A DNA stretch of 55,167 nucleotides from Deltaproteobacteria bacterium (GCA_033763315.1 JANRKS010000033.1:1-55167), one strand, 5' to 3'; counted from the first letter of the stretch, positions 28,583-39,260 are shown. A program made the numbers and translations. Notes: generated by a model from the letters alone, not told the origin.

Positions 28583-29739
28583 AGATCACGTTTGGTTTGC
28601 TGTTGTGTGGCCTCGCCCTCTTTGGCTGCTCACGCTCAGCGCCCGCACCCGCGCCTGCCCCTAAAGCCGTGGCAGAGCCGGGTGTGGTGCACCTATCACC
28701 AGAAGCGCAGGCCAACGCTGGTCTGCAGATTCAGCCGTTGGCGCCGGGCACGTATACGCCAAAGCTGAAGTTGTCGGCCGTGATCGTGGGCGATCCTTCG
28801 CAAGTGGCCGAGGTGGGCGCGCGCGTGCCCGGTCGCGTGTCCGCCATTCGCGTGAAGCTGGGTGATGTGGTTCGCAAAGGCCAACCGCTCATCGACATCG
28901 AAAGCGTTGATATTCACGAGGCCACGTTGCAGTACCTCACGGCGCGGGCCCGCTTCGCCGCCGCCAAAGACGCGCTCGACCGCCAACGCCTGCTTTACCA
29001 AGAGCGCGTGGGGGCCGAGGTGGATCTGCGGCGCGCTGAATCCGAATTTGCCGCCACCCGCGCCGCCGTCGACGAGGGAGAAGAGCACCTCAAGTTCTTG
29101 GGCTTAACGACGGGCGATGTGCGCGCTCTCGCCAACCACACCCCTAACGCTGAGCACCCTGGCACGCTGCGATCGCCCATCGCCGGTCGTGTGGCGGCGT
29201 TGAATGTTTCTGTGGGGCAAGTGGTCACGGGGAACGAAAACGCTTTGACGATCGCCAACACAAAAAACGTGTGGGCCAGCCTGCGCGTATACGAACGTGA
29301 TCTTGTGTATCTGTCCGTGGGTCAAGCCGTGCAGTTGCAACTGCCCAGTGTTCCTGACCGCCTGTTCGAAGGCAAACTCACCTTTCTGAGCGAACTTGTG
29401 GATCCGCACACGCGCACCACGGAAGCGCGCGTGTGGCTTGCCAATGATGAAGGTCTATTGCGCCCGGGTGCAACCGTCACCGCTTTGGTGGCGCTGCCTG
29501 CCAAGCCCAACTCGTTGTGGTTGCCCGATGAAGCTGTGCAAACGGTGGAGGCGCAACCCAGCGTTTTTGTGGCCGAGGGCAACGGGCGCTTCGTGGCGCG
29601 GCCTGTGAAAGCCTCTGACACCCAAGGCGGCTTTCGCCAAATTGAAGCGGGCCTGGCGCCCGGCACCAAGGTGGTGGTCAAGGGCGCCTTCACACTGCGG
29701 GGCGAGCTTGAACGCGCCAACATCGTTGATGAGGAATAA
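28579..29739 (+). CDS. RND periplasmic adaptor (CzcB-like) lipoprotein
   Basis: Lipobox LFGC, RVPGRV, LRSPIAGRV, VDPHTRT, LRPG. Confidence 0.9.
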   Translation: MKITFGLLLCGLALFGCSRSAPAPAPAPKAVAEPGVVHLSPEAQANAGLQIQPLAPGTYTPKLKLSAVIVGDPSQVAEVGARVPGRVSAIRVKLGDVVRKGQPLIDIESVDIHEATLQYLTARARFAAAKDALDRQRLLYQERVGAEVDLRRAESEFAATRAAVDEGEEHLKFLGLTTGDVRALANHTPNAEHPGTLRSPIAGRVAALNVSVGQVVTGNENALTIANTKNVWASLRVYERDLVYLSVGQAVQLQLPSVPDRLFEGKLTFLSELVDPHTRTTEARVWLANDEGLLRPGATVTALVALPAKPNSLWLPDEAVQTVEAQPSVFVAEGNGRFVARPVKASDTQGGFRQIEAGLAPGTKVVVKGAFTLRGELERANIVDEE

Positions 29740-29742
29740 CCA

Positions 29743-32700
29743 GTGAGCGTGGTGCCGGCGGGCAAAGGGGAGGGCGGCGGGCGTTGGTTGACCGCCGTTG
29801 TCGCGTTCTCGATCCGGCGGCGTTTGTGGGTGATGGCGGGCACGCTTTTGTTCGCGTTTATCGGCATGCGTGCCTTTGCACATTTGTCGATCGACGCGGT
29901 TCCTGATCTCACCAACGTCCAGGTGCAAGTGCTCACCAGCGCGCCCGCCCTGGCACCCCTTGATGTTGAACGATTGGTAACCGTGCCGGTCGAACAAACC
30001 CTCACAGGTCTGCCGCACGTGGCGGAGATTCGATCATTGTCGCGCTTTGGCACGTCCGCCGTCACCGTCGTGTTCAACGACGGCACCGATCCGTTCTTTG
30101 CGCGTCAGTTGGTGCTTGAGCGTCTCACCCGCGCGCGCGACGCTGTGCCTGCCGAATATGGCGTGCCCGAACTGGGACCCATGACAACGGGCCTGGGTGA
30201 GATTTATCAATTTGAGTTGCGCGGCACCACCCAGTCAGCGATGGAGCTGCGCTCGCTGCTTGATTGGTCGATCGCCCCGCGTTTGCGCATGGTGCCGGGG
30301 GTGGTTGAAGTGAATACGTTTGGCGGCGAGCTGAAGACCTATGAAGTGGCCGTGGATCCCGAACGTTTGATTCAAAACAACGTTTCGTTGCAACAATTGT
30401 TCACGGCGCTGGCCCGCAACAACCGCAGCGTGGGCGGGGGCTCGATTCACAAAGGCCCCGAAGGCTTGCTTGTACGCGGCGACGCGCTCGCGCAGACCGT
30501 GCAAGACATCGGCAAAACAATGGTGGCCTCCCGCGACGGGGTGCCCGTGCTCGTGGAGCACCTCGGGCGCGTGCAGCTGGCGCCCATGTTGCGGCAGGGT
30601 GCGAGCACACGCGATGGGCGCGGCGAAATTGTGGCCGGCATGGCGATGATGCTGCAAGGGGAGAACTCGCGCGTCGTGGCGCGCGCCGTCGCCGCCGAAG
30701 TGGAAAAGATGAACGCCACTTTGCCCACGGGTGTGGCGATGCACGCGTTTTATGATCGCACGGAGCTTGTGAATCAAACCGTACAAACGGTGGCGCGCAA
30801 CTTACTTGAGGGCGGTCTTTTGGTGGTGGCTTTGCTGTTCTTGATGCTGCGCAACGTTCGCGCGGGGCTCATCGCGGCGGCCATGATCCCGCTGTCAATG
30901 CTGGCCGCGTTTGTGGGCATGCACCAACTGGGTTTGTCGGGCAACCTGATGTCGCTGGGTGCGATCGATTTTGGCCTCGTGGTCGATGGGGCGATCATCT
31001 TGCTTGAAAACGCCGTGTTGCACTTGTCAGAGCGGGCCACCGCGCTTGGCCGCAACCTATCACCTGCCGAGCGTGACGATGTGGTGTTGCACGCCGCCGT
31101 TGAAGTGCGCTCAGCCACCTTGTTCGGTGAGCTCATCATTGCGCTCGTCTATGTCCCCATCCTCACGCTGCAAGGTGTAGAGGGAAAGATGTTCCGGCCG
31201 ATGGCGCTCACAGTGTTGTTTGCGCTGGCAGGGGCGTTCATTTTGTCGCTTACGTTCGTGCCGGCGATGGCCGCCATGCTGCTGGGCGGCTCCGTTCACG
31301 ACAAACAAAGCCCGATCATCGTGTGGGCCAAAAAGGTTTACCTCCCGGTGCTGGGGCCCACCCTGCGTCACCCGTGGCGCGTGGCGATTACGGCCACGGC
31401 GTTGTTGGCGGTCTCGTTGTTTTTGGCGCGCGATCTGGGCACCGAGTTTGTGCCCACGCTTGATGAAGGCGCCCTGGTTGTGGAAGCCAACCGCTTGCCT
31501 TCGACTTCGCTTGAAGAATCGGTGCGCCAGGGATTGCTGATGGAAAAAGCACTGCTCAAATTTCCCGAGGTGGCCACGGTGGTTACGAAAACCGGCCGGC
31601 CCGAAATCGCCAACGATCCGATGGGCGTGGAACAATCCGATGTGTTCATTATGCTCAAACCACGCGCGCAATGGCCGCACGATCTGGATCGTGAAGCCTT
31701 GGTTGCCAAATTTGAGAAAGCCTTGCGGCAGGCAGCGCCCGGCGTGGCCATCGGTTTTTCACAGCCGATCGAAATGCGCACGAACGAATTGATCAGCGGC
31801 GTGCGTTCTGATTTTGCGATCAAACTTTACGGGGATGACCTGGCGGTGCTCGGGCGCTTGGGCGCGCAAGCGCAGCGGGTGCTTACAAAAATCCGCGGCG
31901 TCGCCGACGTGCGTGTGGATCGCGTGGCGGGATTGCCTGCGCTAAAAGTCAGTGTGGATCGTGACACGCTCGCCCGCCGAGGGATCGAAGCCGACGCTGT
32001 GATGGACGCGGTGGAAACGGTGGGGGGCAAAACCGTGGGTTTCGTTCTTGAGGATCGTCGTCGCTTTGCTTTGCGTGTGCGCTTGGCGGCGGAGAGCCGC
32101 GACGACATCGATGCCTTGCGCCGCCTGCCGGTGCGCACACCCGAAGGTGGTTTCGCGCTGCTCGAAGAATTGGCGACAGTGACCGTGCAAGATGAGCCGC
32201 TGCTTGTGAACCGCGAAGGCACGCAACGCCGCCTGATCGTGCAAGCCAACGTGCGTGGCCGCGATCTTGGGGGCTTTGCCAACGAATCGCAGGCGCGGTT
32301 GCGCGAGCTCAAACTGCCGCCCGGCTATCGTTACGAATTGGGCGGCCAGTTCGAGAACTTGCGCCGCGCCGAAGCACGCCTCGCCATCGTTGTGCCGCTG
32401 ACGTTGCTGCTGATCATGGGGCTGCTCTACGCTACGTTCAATGCGTTGCGGCCGGCGCTGCTGATTTTCACGAACGTGCCGTTCGGTGCCGCCGGTGGTC
32501 TGTTGGCGTTGGAGCTTGCAGGCCTGCCGTTTAGCATTTCGGCGGCGGTGGGCTTCATCGCGTTGTTTGGCGTGGCCGTGCTCAATGGGCTCGTGCTGGT
32601 GGCGCAAATCCGCAGCCTGATGAATGAAGGCCAATCTGCTTTGCAAGCCGCACATGCGGGAGCTCTGCGGCGCCTGCGGCCTGTGCTCACCACGGCGCTT

Positions 32701-32880
32701 GTGGCGTCTTTAGGGTTTTTGCCAATGGCGCTCGCCACGGGCGCCGGCGCCGAGGTTCAACGTCCTTTGGCCACCGTCGTGATTGGCGGCCTGTTCACAT
32801 CCACCTTGCTCACGCTGTTGGTGTTGCCAACGATGTACGCGCGGTTTGCCCGCGCGCCTAAGGCGCAAACGCCTCTGTAG
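29743..32880 (+). CDS. czcA: CusA/CzcA-family heavy-metal efflux RND transporter
   Basis: IDAVPDLTNVQVQV, GLGEIYQF, SLGAIDFGLVVDGAIILLEN, RLRPVLTTA, GAEVQRPLA. Confidence 0.92.
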   Translation: MSVVPAGKGEGGGRWLTAVVAFSIRRRLWVMAGTLLFAFIGMRAFAHLSIDAVPDLTNVQVQVLTSAPALAPLDVERLVTVPVEQTLTGLPHVAEIRSLSRFGTSAVTVVFNDGTDPFFARQLVLERLTRARDAVPAEYGVPELGPMTTGLGEIYQFELRGTTQSAMELRSLLDWSIAPRLRMVPGVVEVNTFGGELKTYEVAVDPERLIQNNVSLQQLFTALARNNRSVGGGSIHKGPEGLLVRGDALAQTVQDIGKTMVASRDGVPVLVEHLGRVQLAPMLRQGASTRDGRGEIVAGMAMMLQGENSRVVARAVAAEVEKMNATLPTGVAMHAFYDRTELVNQTVQTVARNLLEGGLLVVALLFLMLRNVRAGLIAAAMIPLSMLAAFVGMHQLGLSGNLMSLGAIDFGLVVDGAIILLENAVLHLSERATALGRNLSPAERDDVVLHAAVEVRSATLFGELIIALVYVPILTLQGVEGKMFRPMALTVLFALAGAFILSLTFVPAMAAMLLGGSVHDKQSPIIVWAKKVYLPVLGPTLRHPWRVAITATALLAVSLFLARDLGTEFVPTLDEGALVVEANRLPSTSLEESVRQGLLMEKALLKFPEVATVVTKTGRPEIANDPMGVEQSDVFIMLKPRAQWPHDLDREALVAKFEKALRQAAPGVAIGFSQPIEMRTNELISGVRSDFAIKLYGDDLAVLGRLGAQAQRVLTKIRGVADVRVDRVAGLPALKVSVDRDTLARRGIEADAVMDAVETVGGKTVGFVLEDRRRFALRVRLAAESRDDIDALRRLPVRTPEGGFALLEELATVTVQDEPLLVNREGTQRRLIVQANVRGRDLGGFANESQARLRELKLPPGYRYELGGQFENLRRAEARLAIVVPLTLLLIMGLLYATFNALRPALLIFTNVPFGAAGGLLALELAGLPFSISAAVGFIALFGVAVLNGLVLVAQIRSLMNEGQSALQAAHAGALRRLRPVLTTALVASLGFLPMALATGAGAEVQRPLATVVIGGLFTSTLLTLLVLPTMYARFARAPKAQTPL

Positions 32881-33727
32881 AAAAAATCGCCACGCGCGCG
32901 CCCGCCGCATCGATCACGCCGCGATACATGCCTTTTGTGTTGAACGGCGCAAACCAATCGCCTTCGGCCGTCAACGTGATCGCGCCGCCTTCACCGCCCA
33001 ATTTTGTGACTTCGCCCAAAGCCTCGGTGGCTGCAGCGCGCACAGCTTTTCCCTGTGCCACGCCCACCGCCACACGGTGAGCAAACACAGTGCGAATGAA
33101 AAACTCACCTTGGCCTGTGGCTGAGACCGCGCACAATTGATCCGCGTATGTGCCGGCGCCGATCAACGGCGAATCGCCCACGCGCCCAGGCAGCTTCCCC
33201 GCGGTGCCGCCCGTGGATGTGGCCGCGGCTAAATTGCCGTGTTCATCCAAAGCCACAGCGCCCACAGTGCCTTGTTTCACCGCTGCGTTGTGCGCGGGTG
33301 AAAAGTACGCTGGCGGCTCAAACGCCGCGCCGTGCGCTTGCAGAAACGCCGTCGCGCCACCGCCCACCAGCAACACATGCTTGGTGTGTTCCATCACCAA
33401 CCGTGCCGCCACAATGGGATTGCGCAGCCAAGGCACACACGCCACAGCGCCTGCACTTTGACGGGCGCCATCCATCAGCGCTGCATCCAGTGTCACATCA
33501 CCATGGGTGTCTTGCACGGCGCCTTTTCCTGCCGTGAACCCGCCTGCGTCTTCCAACACAACCACCGCCGCTTGCGCCGCTTCCAACGCGGCCCCGCCGG
33601 CTTGCAAAACCCGCCAACCCGCCTGCAAAGCCGCATGCAACGCAGGTCGTGTCACGTCCTCATGTGCGGTGCTGGGCACAATGCCGCCCGCACCGCCGTG
33701 AACCAACAACCTTGCTCTACTTGCCAC
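32858..33727 (-). CDS. iaaA: Isoaspartyl peptidase / L-asparaginase (Ntn hydrolase)
   Basis: VHGGAG, LDAALMDG, GTVGAVA (nucleophile Thr), ATSTGG, GRVGDSP, SATGQGE. Confidence 0.92.
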   Translation of the reverse strand: MASRARLLVHGGAGGIVPSTAHEDVTRPALHAALQAGWRVLQAGGAALEAAQAAVVVLEDAGGFTAGKGAVQDTHGDVTLDAALMDGARQSAGAVACVPWLRNPIVAARLVMEHTKHVLLVGGGATAFLQAHGAAFEPPAYFSPAHNAAVKQGTVGAVALDEHGNLAAATSTGGTAGKLPGRVGDSPLIGAGTYADQLCAVSATGQGEFFIRTVFAHRVAVGVAQGKAVRAAATEALGEVTKLGGEGGAITLTAEGDWFAPFNTKGMYRGVIDAAGARVAIFSTEAFAP

Positions 33728-36539
33728 TGCTTTTCACTGTCTCGGTCAACGCCACGCCCGCGGCCTCCAACTGCGGCGCCACCGCCGCTGCGTCGCCCAC
33801 CAACACCACAATCTCGTGGCCCGGGCAAGGCGCCAACACGTCGCGCACATCTGCCCGCGAGCTCGTGGCCAACTGTTCGGGATAAGCGTCCCACACCGCA
33901 GGCGACCAGCCGTATGACGTCGCCGTTAAAATGGCACCCGCGGCGGCATCGGCATCGGCAAAACGAACATTGAATTGCCGCCCCACGTCCCACCGTGTTG
34001 TTGTGAAGGTCGCGATGTCAGGTCCCTCCGTGGCCGCGGTCGACAACATATCGAGCATCGCTTTGACGCCCGGCCCCGTTTGCGATGTCTCCACGGCCCC
34101 GCCCATCAACAGTACCGAGGCGCCACCGGGGTAGCTCATTTCGCTGGCATACATGCCGTAGGTGGCGCCCCAATTCGCACGGATGTTCCACAAGCGCTCG
34201 GTCAAATAGCTCTCGGCCAAATCGCGATGAGCCATGTTGTCCGGCGTCGCCTGCACCAAGCGACAACCCAGCGACACCACGGTCTGCGTGGCGCCGGGCC
34301 GATCGTAAAGCAGCACCTTACGTTCCGCAGGTGGCGGCGGTGCAGGCGGCGCCGTCGTGGCGCCCGATCGCCCGCGCTGCCATGGACCCAAATACTGCTT
34401 GGCCAACGCTTGCACCGTATCTTTCGAGACGCTGCCCACCACCACCGCTGTCGCCGCATCAGGCCGATAATGGCCTTGTATGAACGCCTGCAGCTCCGCA
34501 TAGCGGATCTTCTTCAATTCGGATGGATCCGGTTCCAGCACGCCGAACGGGTGATTGGGAAACAGTTCGCTCCAAAACCGCACCGTCGCTTGATACGTGG
34601 GGCGCTTCTTCACATTGGCCACGCGCTCAATGTCGCGATCAAAGAATTCCCCTGCGTTCAGCAACACCTCTTCGGAAGCCTCTTGGCATGACACTTCATC
34701 ACCCAGCTCGGCGATCCCGTTAACCAAGTTTCCTGAAAGAACGTCCGCGTAGACAACGGTAGAGTTAGTGCCCCCGGCTGACATCAGCATGCCTCCCACC
34801 TGAAACAAGCCACCGTGGTGACCTTGGCACTTCGACCGTGAAATACCGTGCGCCAAACGTGCTAGTCCGAATGGCTGCACAGTGGCGTTGCCGCCCGGCA
34901 GCGACAGTGTCACGTGAGACACAAGTGCGCTCTTTCGTTCAACCGCATAAACGCGAAGGCCGTTGTCGAGATCGAAATGCGGCACGTTGCCGAGACCTGG
35001 CGCTTTGACGGCTCGGCGCACATCGTCCGTGCCCATGCCCAGGAGGTTCGCCTTGGCATTTCCACCCAAGCGGTGCACAGGAGCAGGCGCCCCTGGCGCC
35101 GTAACCTCATCATTTTCAGGCTCAAAGAACACGCTCACCGCGCGCTCGCGCTTGAGATACTTGTATGCGAACTCGGTTACGTCGGTCCAAGACGCCGAGG
35201 AGACGTCTGTGAGTCCGTCCTTGTAAAAAGCGTAGCTGCCTGTGGCAGCCAGATGCTGCGACAGCAACAAAGCGCTTTGGATCGGTTCGCCGCTTGTGCG
35301 CACAAGCGATGTGGCTGTGCCCCATTTGGCCGCTTGCGAGAAGAACTGCTGCAAGACTTCGAGATCCACGCCATCGTCGTTCACGCCAGCGGCCCATACG
35401 TTGGTGACCGCATCCAGGAGCCGTTTACGCAACTTCTCCGGATCCGCCCCCGGCTTCAGTGTCGCTTGTAACAGCATCACAGATCCATCGACCATCGACA
35501 GCGCACCCGCGCCGGCCCCCTGCAGATCATCCTTGAACTTACGTTCCACGCCCAACGACAACGCTACGTTCAGCGCCGTTGCCGCAAAGTCCATCTTCCC
35601 ATCTTTGCCGCGCAACCCTCCAGGCAACGACCAAGCGATCATCAACACCGGCTCAAGCACAGGTGCCTTCACGCGTGCCATCGTTGTATCGACGGGCGGC
35701 GGTGGTTCCGGCGCGGGCGTCTCGGCAAACGGTGGCTTTGGTTTCACCGCGGCGCCTTCGGGCCCCGCCGGTCCAAATAAGGCTTCTGCGGGCCACTTGC
35801 CAAGCATCGCGCCCACTTCATCCGGGTTCAAATCACCCGCAATCACGATCGTGCAATTGTTGGGCGTGTAGTGTTGCTTCACGAACTCGCGCGCGTCAGC
35901 CAACGTGCTGGCGCGCATCGATTCAGGTGTGCCGGCCAGTTGCCGCCCCAGCGGATGTTGCTTCGGAAACAACCGCCGCAACGGCTCATCGAACATCTTG
36001 CTGCCCACGGTGGTTTCGCCCCGCAAACGCAGCTCGTTGCGCACAACTTCACGTTCAACGTCGAAGACCTCTTCGGTGACGCCATCCACCGTGTGCAGCA
36101 AGCGCCACGCTTCAAGCTGCATCAGCTCGGGTAGCTGATCTTTGTCGGCCACAATGTAATAGGACGTAACGTCGGCGGCCGTAAAAGCATTGAACTGCCC
36201 GCCCGTTCTCTTCATCACATCCCACACTTGCGTTTTGCCATCAGGTAACGACCGAAACGCTAAGTGTTCCACGAAGTGCGCGAGCCCTTCTTTGCCCACG
36301 GGGTCATTTTTGCTGCCCGCCGCAAACGTCGACGTCAGCACCACTTGCCGCGTGGTGTGATCTTCTTGCACCACCACACGCAAACCACTTTTCAGCTCAA
36401 AAACTTTTTGTTTAAGAGCGTATTCCGGCAACACAGGGCTGTCGGGAATTTGCGTGGCCGCACAAGCGCCCAACGTTACCATCATCGCGGCCGCAGCCAC
36501 GGCGCGCGTCATCGAAGCAGAAAGCCGCATGCGCGACAT
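33717..36539 (-). CDS. M16-family (insulinase-like) zinc peptidase, predicted lipoprotein
   Basis: Lipobox LGAC, GLAHFVEH (inverted zincin HxxEH), NAFT, EREVVRNE; second M16 half lacks the motif. Confidence 0.88.
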   Translation of the reverse strand: MSRMRLSASMTRAVAAAAMMVTLGACAATQIPDSPVLPEYALKQKVFELKSGLRVVVQEDHTTRQVVLTSTFAAGSKNDPVGKEGLAHFVEHLAFRSLPDGKTQVWDVMKRTGGQFNAFTAADVTSYYIVADKDQLPELMQLEAWRLLHTVDGVTEEVFDVEREVVRNELRLRGETTVGSKMFDEPLRRLFPKQHPLGRQLAGTPESMRASTLADAREFVKQHYTPNNCTIVIAGDLNPDEVGAMLGKWPAEALFGPAGPEGAAVKPKPPFAETPAPEPPPPVDTTMARVKAPVLEPVLMIAWSLPGGLRGKDGKMDFAATALNVALSLGVERKFKDDLQGAGAGALSMVDGSVMLLQATLKPGADPEKLRKRLLDAVTNVWAAGVNDDGVDLEVLQQFFSQAAKWGTATSLVRTSGEPIQSALLLSQHLAATGSYAFYKDGLTDVSSASWTDVTEFAYKYLKRERAVSVFFEPENDEVTAPGAPAPVHRLGGNAKANLLGMGTDDVRRAVKAPGLGNVPHFDLDNGLRVYAVERKSALVSHVTLSLPGGNATVQPFGLARLAHGISRSKCQGHHGGLFQVGGMLMSAGGTNSTVVYADVLSGNLVNGIAELGDEVSCQEASEEVLLNAGEFFDRDIERVANVKKRPTYQATVRFWSELFPNHPFGVLEPDPSELKKIRYAELQAFIQGHYRPDAATAVVVGSVSKDTVQALAKQYLGPWQRGRSGATTAPPAPPPPAERKVLLYDRPGATQTVVSLGCRLVQATPDNMAHRDLAESYLTERLWNIRANWGATYGMYASEMSYPGGASVLLMGGAVETSQTGPGVKAMLDMLSTAATEGPDIATFTTTRWDVGRQFNVRFADADAAAGAILTATSYGWSPAVWDAYPEQLATSSRADVRDVLAPCPGHEIVVLVGDAAAVAPQLEAAGVALTETVKSSGK

Positions 36540-36575
36540 TGTACGTCAATGCACTTGTGTTTCAATCAGCGCGCG

Positions 36576-38651
36576 CTAAGCGGCAGGCGAAATGCGCCCC
36601 AACGTTTCAATTGGCGTTTCGGGCAGCAACTCATCATACGAAAGCACTGTGACGCCTGGTGCCTCAGGGCTCAGCATCTTCCACAGGGCTCGGCGAATCC
36701 GCGCGTTCGTCAAAACCACGGGATGCGCGATTTTCCCAAACGCCGCCCGCGCGCCCGCTTGCACATCCGCAATCAGCGATGGCGGCATGGCGCTTTGCAC
36801 GCTTGTCCTCAACACACTGTCGCGCACGGCCTCTTCCACCAACGGATCCACCACGAAGGCCGCCACTTCACCCTCAGAGTTTGCATGCGCACGCGTGATT
36901 GCCCGGCGCAAGCTTTGACGTGCCCGTTCCGCCAGCGCGTCCAAACTGCGATCCTCGCCCCCGCTTGCCACGATCGCTTCCAAAATCGTCCGCAAGTGGC
37001 GCAACGAAACCCGCTCTTCTGCCAGCCGCGCCAATAGCTCGGCCAGCCCCGCCATCGACAATCGTTTGGGCACGGCTTCACTCACGAGCGCCGGCTGATC
37101 TTTGGCCAAGGCATCAAGCAGCGTTTGCGTTTCCTGCACGCCCACAAGTTCGTGCGCGTGCCGCTCAAGCGCCGCCTGCACATGCAAAGCCATCAACTGC
37201 ACGGGCGCCAAAAATTGCACGCTTGTTTCCTGCAGCGACACAGCGGCGTGGTTAGCAACCCACGCGCCTGCGCGGCCATCAGGCAAACGCGCGGGCACCG
37301 CAGCCATTCCTTGTGGCGTCAAGCGACCGGCATCCGTCAATGCCAACACGCTGTCAGCCGGGCACGTGCCCTCGGCCACGGGCACATCATGCAGCAACAC
37401 TCGAAACTCGCGCGGTGGCAGGGCACTCGATGTCTCAGTGGCGATGCTCGCCAATGGCACGCCACGATTCTCGAACAGCTGCGTGCAAACTTTCGCCAAA
37501 GCCTGCCGCAAGGCTTCGTTGGCTTTCAAGTTCAGTTCGTTGGCCAAATCCGCGCCCACGCGCAACGCCAACGGCGCCGGCATTTGCACCGCCACAGTTT
37601 CGCCGCGGCTCGCCTGTTCAACCGAGGCCGCACGATCATGCCGTAACAGTTTTTGCGCCACCAAACCCATCGCCACCGCCAACACCAAGAAGGGCAGGGC
37701 GGGCAACCCAGGCACGAGCGCCAGCAGTGCAAACAAACCAGCCGCCAACGCCAAAGCACGCGGTTGGGCCAACACCTGCGCGCCAATTTGGCGCCCCAGC
37801 GCTTGTCCGGCGTCTTCAGCCGAAACCCGCGTCACCAACACGCCGGCCGCCGTTGCGATCACCAACGCTGGTATCTGTGCCACCAAGCCTTCGCCGATGG
37901 TCAAGATCGTGTACGTCTTGGCCGCTTGTGCGAACGGCAAGTGCCGCGTGAACACGCCGATCACCAAGCCACCCACGATGTTCACCGCCAGCACCAACAA
38001 ACCGGCAATGGCGTCGCCCTTCACAAACTTCATCGCGCCGTCCATGGCGCCAAAGAACTGCGACTCACGCGCCAAACGACTGCGGCGCCGCTGTGCCTCG
38101 TCGCGATCGATGTGCCCCGCACGCAGTTCCGCATCGATCGCCAATTGCTTGCCTGGCAAGGCGTCCAACGCAAACCGGGCGCCCACTTCAGCCACACGTT
38201 CGGCGCCTTTGGCCACCACCACAAACTGCACCATCGTCAAGATCAAGAACACCACCACGCCCACAACCAAGTTGCCCGAAACCACGAAGCGCCCGAACGC
38301 ATCGATGACGCCGCCGGCATCAGCGTGCAAAAGGATTAAGCGAGTCGCGGACACTTCGATGGCGACACGGAACAACGTGGTCAGCAACAGCAACGTGGGA
38401 AACGTGGCGATGCGCAACGCTTCGGTCACATAAATTGAAACCAGCAGCAGCACCACCGCGGCCGCAATGTTCGCTGTCACCAACACGTCCAGCAGCAACG
38501 TGGGCAGCGGCACGATCATCACGGCCACCGTCAGCACCACCACCGCGGCCAATGCCACATCCGCGTAGCGCCCCATCACCGCGCGCAAATCCCCTTGGCG
38601 CCACACAGCGAAGAGGGACGGGCGGGCGGCGGCTTTGGTCATGGTGCGCAT
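36576..38651 (-). CDS. FHIPEP-family type III export gate protein (FlhA/SctV)
   Basis: FPTLLLLTTLFR, KGAERVAEVGARFALDALPGKQLAIDAEL, FFGAMDGAMKFVKGDAIAG, LTIGEGLVAQIPAL, VLSYDEL. Confidence 0.93.
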   Translation of the reverse strand: MRTMTKAAARPSLFAVWRQGDLRAVMGRYADVALAAVVVLTVAVMIVPLPTLLLDVLVTANIAAAVVLLLVSIYVTEALRIATFPTLLLLTTLFRVAIEVSATRLILLHADAGGVIDAFGRFVVSGNLVVGVVVFLILTMVQFVVVAKGAERVAEVGARFALDALPGKQLAIDAELRAGHIDRDEAQRRRSRLARESQFFGAMDGAMKFVKGDAIAGLLVLAVNIVGGLVIGVFTRHLPFAQAAKTYTILTIGEGLVAQIPALVIATAAGVLVTRVSAEDAGQALGRQIGAQVLAQPRALALAAGLFALLALVPGLPALPFLVLAVAMGLVAQKLLRHDRAASVEQASRGETVAVQMPAPLALRVGADLANELNLKANEALRQALAKVCTQLFENRGVPLASIATETSSALPPREFRVLLHDVPVAEGTCPADSVLALTDAGRLTPQGMAAVPARLPDGRAGAWVANHAAVSLQETSVQFLAPVQLMALHVQAALERHAHELVGVQETQTLLDALAKDQPALVSEAVPKRLSMAGLAELLARLAEERVSLRHLRTILEAIVASGGEDRSLDALAERARQSLRRAITRAHANSEGEVAAFVVDPLVEEAVRDSVLRTSVQSAMPPSLIADVQAGARAAFGKIAHPVVLTNARIRRALWKMLSPEAPGVTVLSYDELLPETPIETLGRISPAA

Positions 38652-38768
38652 GATCGCGGCAGCATCCGGAGCCCGTCAAGCGTTGCCTGCGACCGAACCA
38701 TCATCGGCGTAGCACGAACGTTTGCTTGTTTGTCTTGCTGCCACGCTTCGCAGTATTCTGCCGCTCTC

Positions 38769-39260
38769 ATGAAACTTCTTTTGCGCTTGTCTTTGCCTTT
38801 CGCCCTTTGTGCAGCAGCGGCCTGTGCCTCCAGCCCCGCGCCGGCCCCCACGCCCGAACCCGCCTCCGCCCCGGCCCCCGCCGCTCCAGAAGCCACACCA
38901 GCTTCACCCGCCCCGGTGGAAGCTGCGCCCGCGGCTGAGGCCCCCGCACCTCCACCTGCCCCCGAACATGCGGCCCCCGCGAAGGCCCCCGCCAAGCCCG
39001 CCGGCAAGGCCAAGTCGTCTTATACCGGCCCCGATCCGTGCACCGTGGCCGTCGGTGGCAGCGGCATCATTGATAAGGCCTGCGACAAGGGCGGCATCAA
39101 GGAAGCCAAGTTGACCATGAAGTCGATGGTCAAGAAGGCCAAGAAGGGTGGCATGAAGGTCGATTGCGATTCGTGCCACAAAGACGAAAAGGATTGGTCG
39201 CAGTTCACCCCCGACGTCAAAGAGAAATTCCAGGCGCTGCTCGAGGCCTACAACAAGTAG
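38769..39260 (+). CDS. Pro/Ala-rich lipoprotein with one c-type heme motif
   Basis: Lipobox AAAC, Pro/Ala linker, C-terminal MKSMVKK...VDCDSCH. Confidence 0.75.
   Translation: MKLLLRLSLPFALCAAAACASSPAPAPTPEPASAPAPAAPEATPASPAPVEAAPAAEAPAPPPAPEHAAPAKAPAKPAGKAKSSYTGPDPCTVAVGGSGIIDKACDKGGIKEAKLTMKSMVKKAKKGGMKVDCDSCHKDEKDWSQFTPDVKEKFQALLEAYNK

Noticed and set aside
34690-35230. Apparently lower-GC patch inside the M16 peptidase gene
   Set aside because: Visual impression only; the frame is intact and no boundaries or intein motifs were seen.
37102-38433. 443-aa plus-strand ORF
   Set aside because: Antisense to flhA/sctV; Ala/Thr/Ser-rich composition typical of GC-rich shadow frames.
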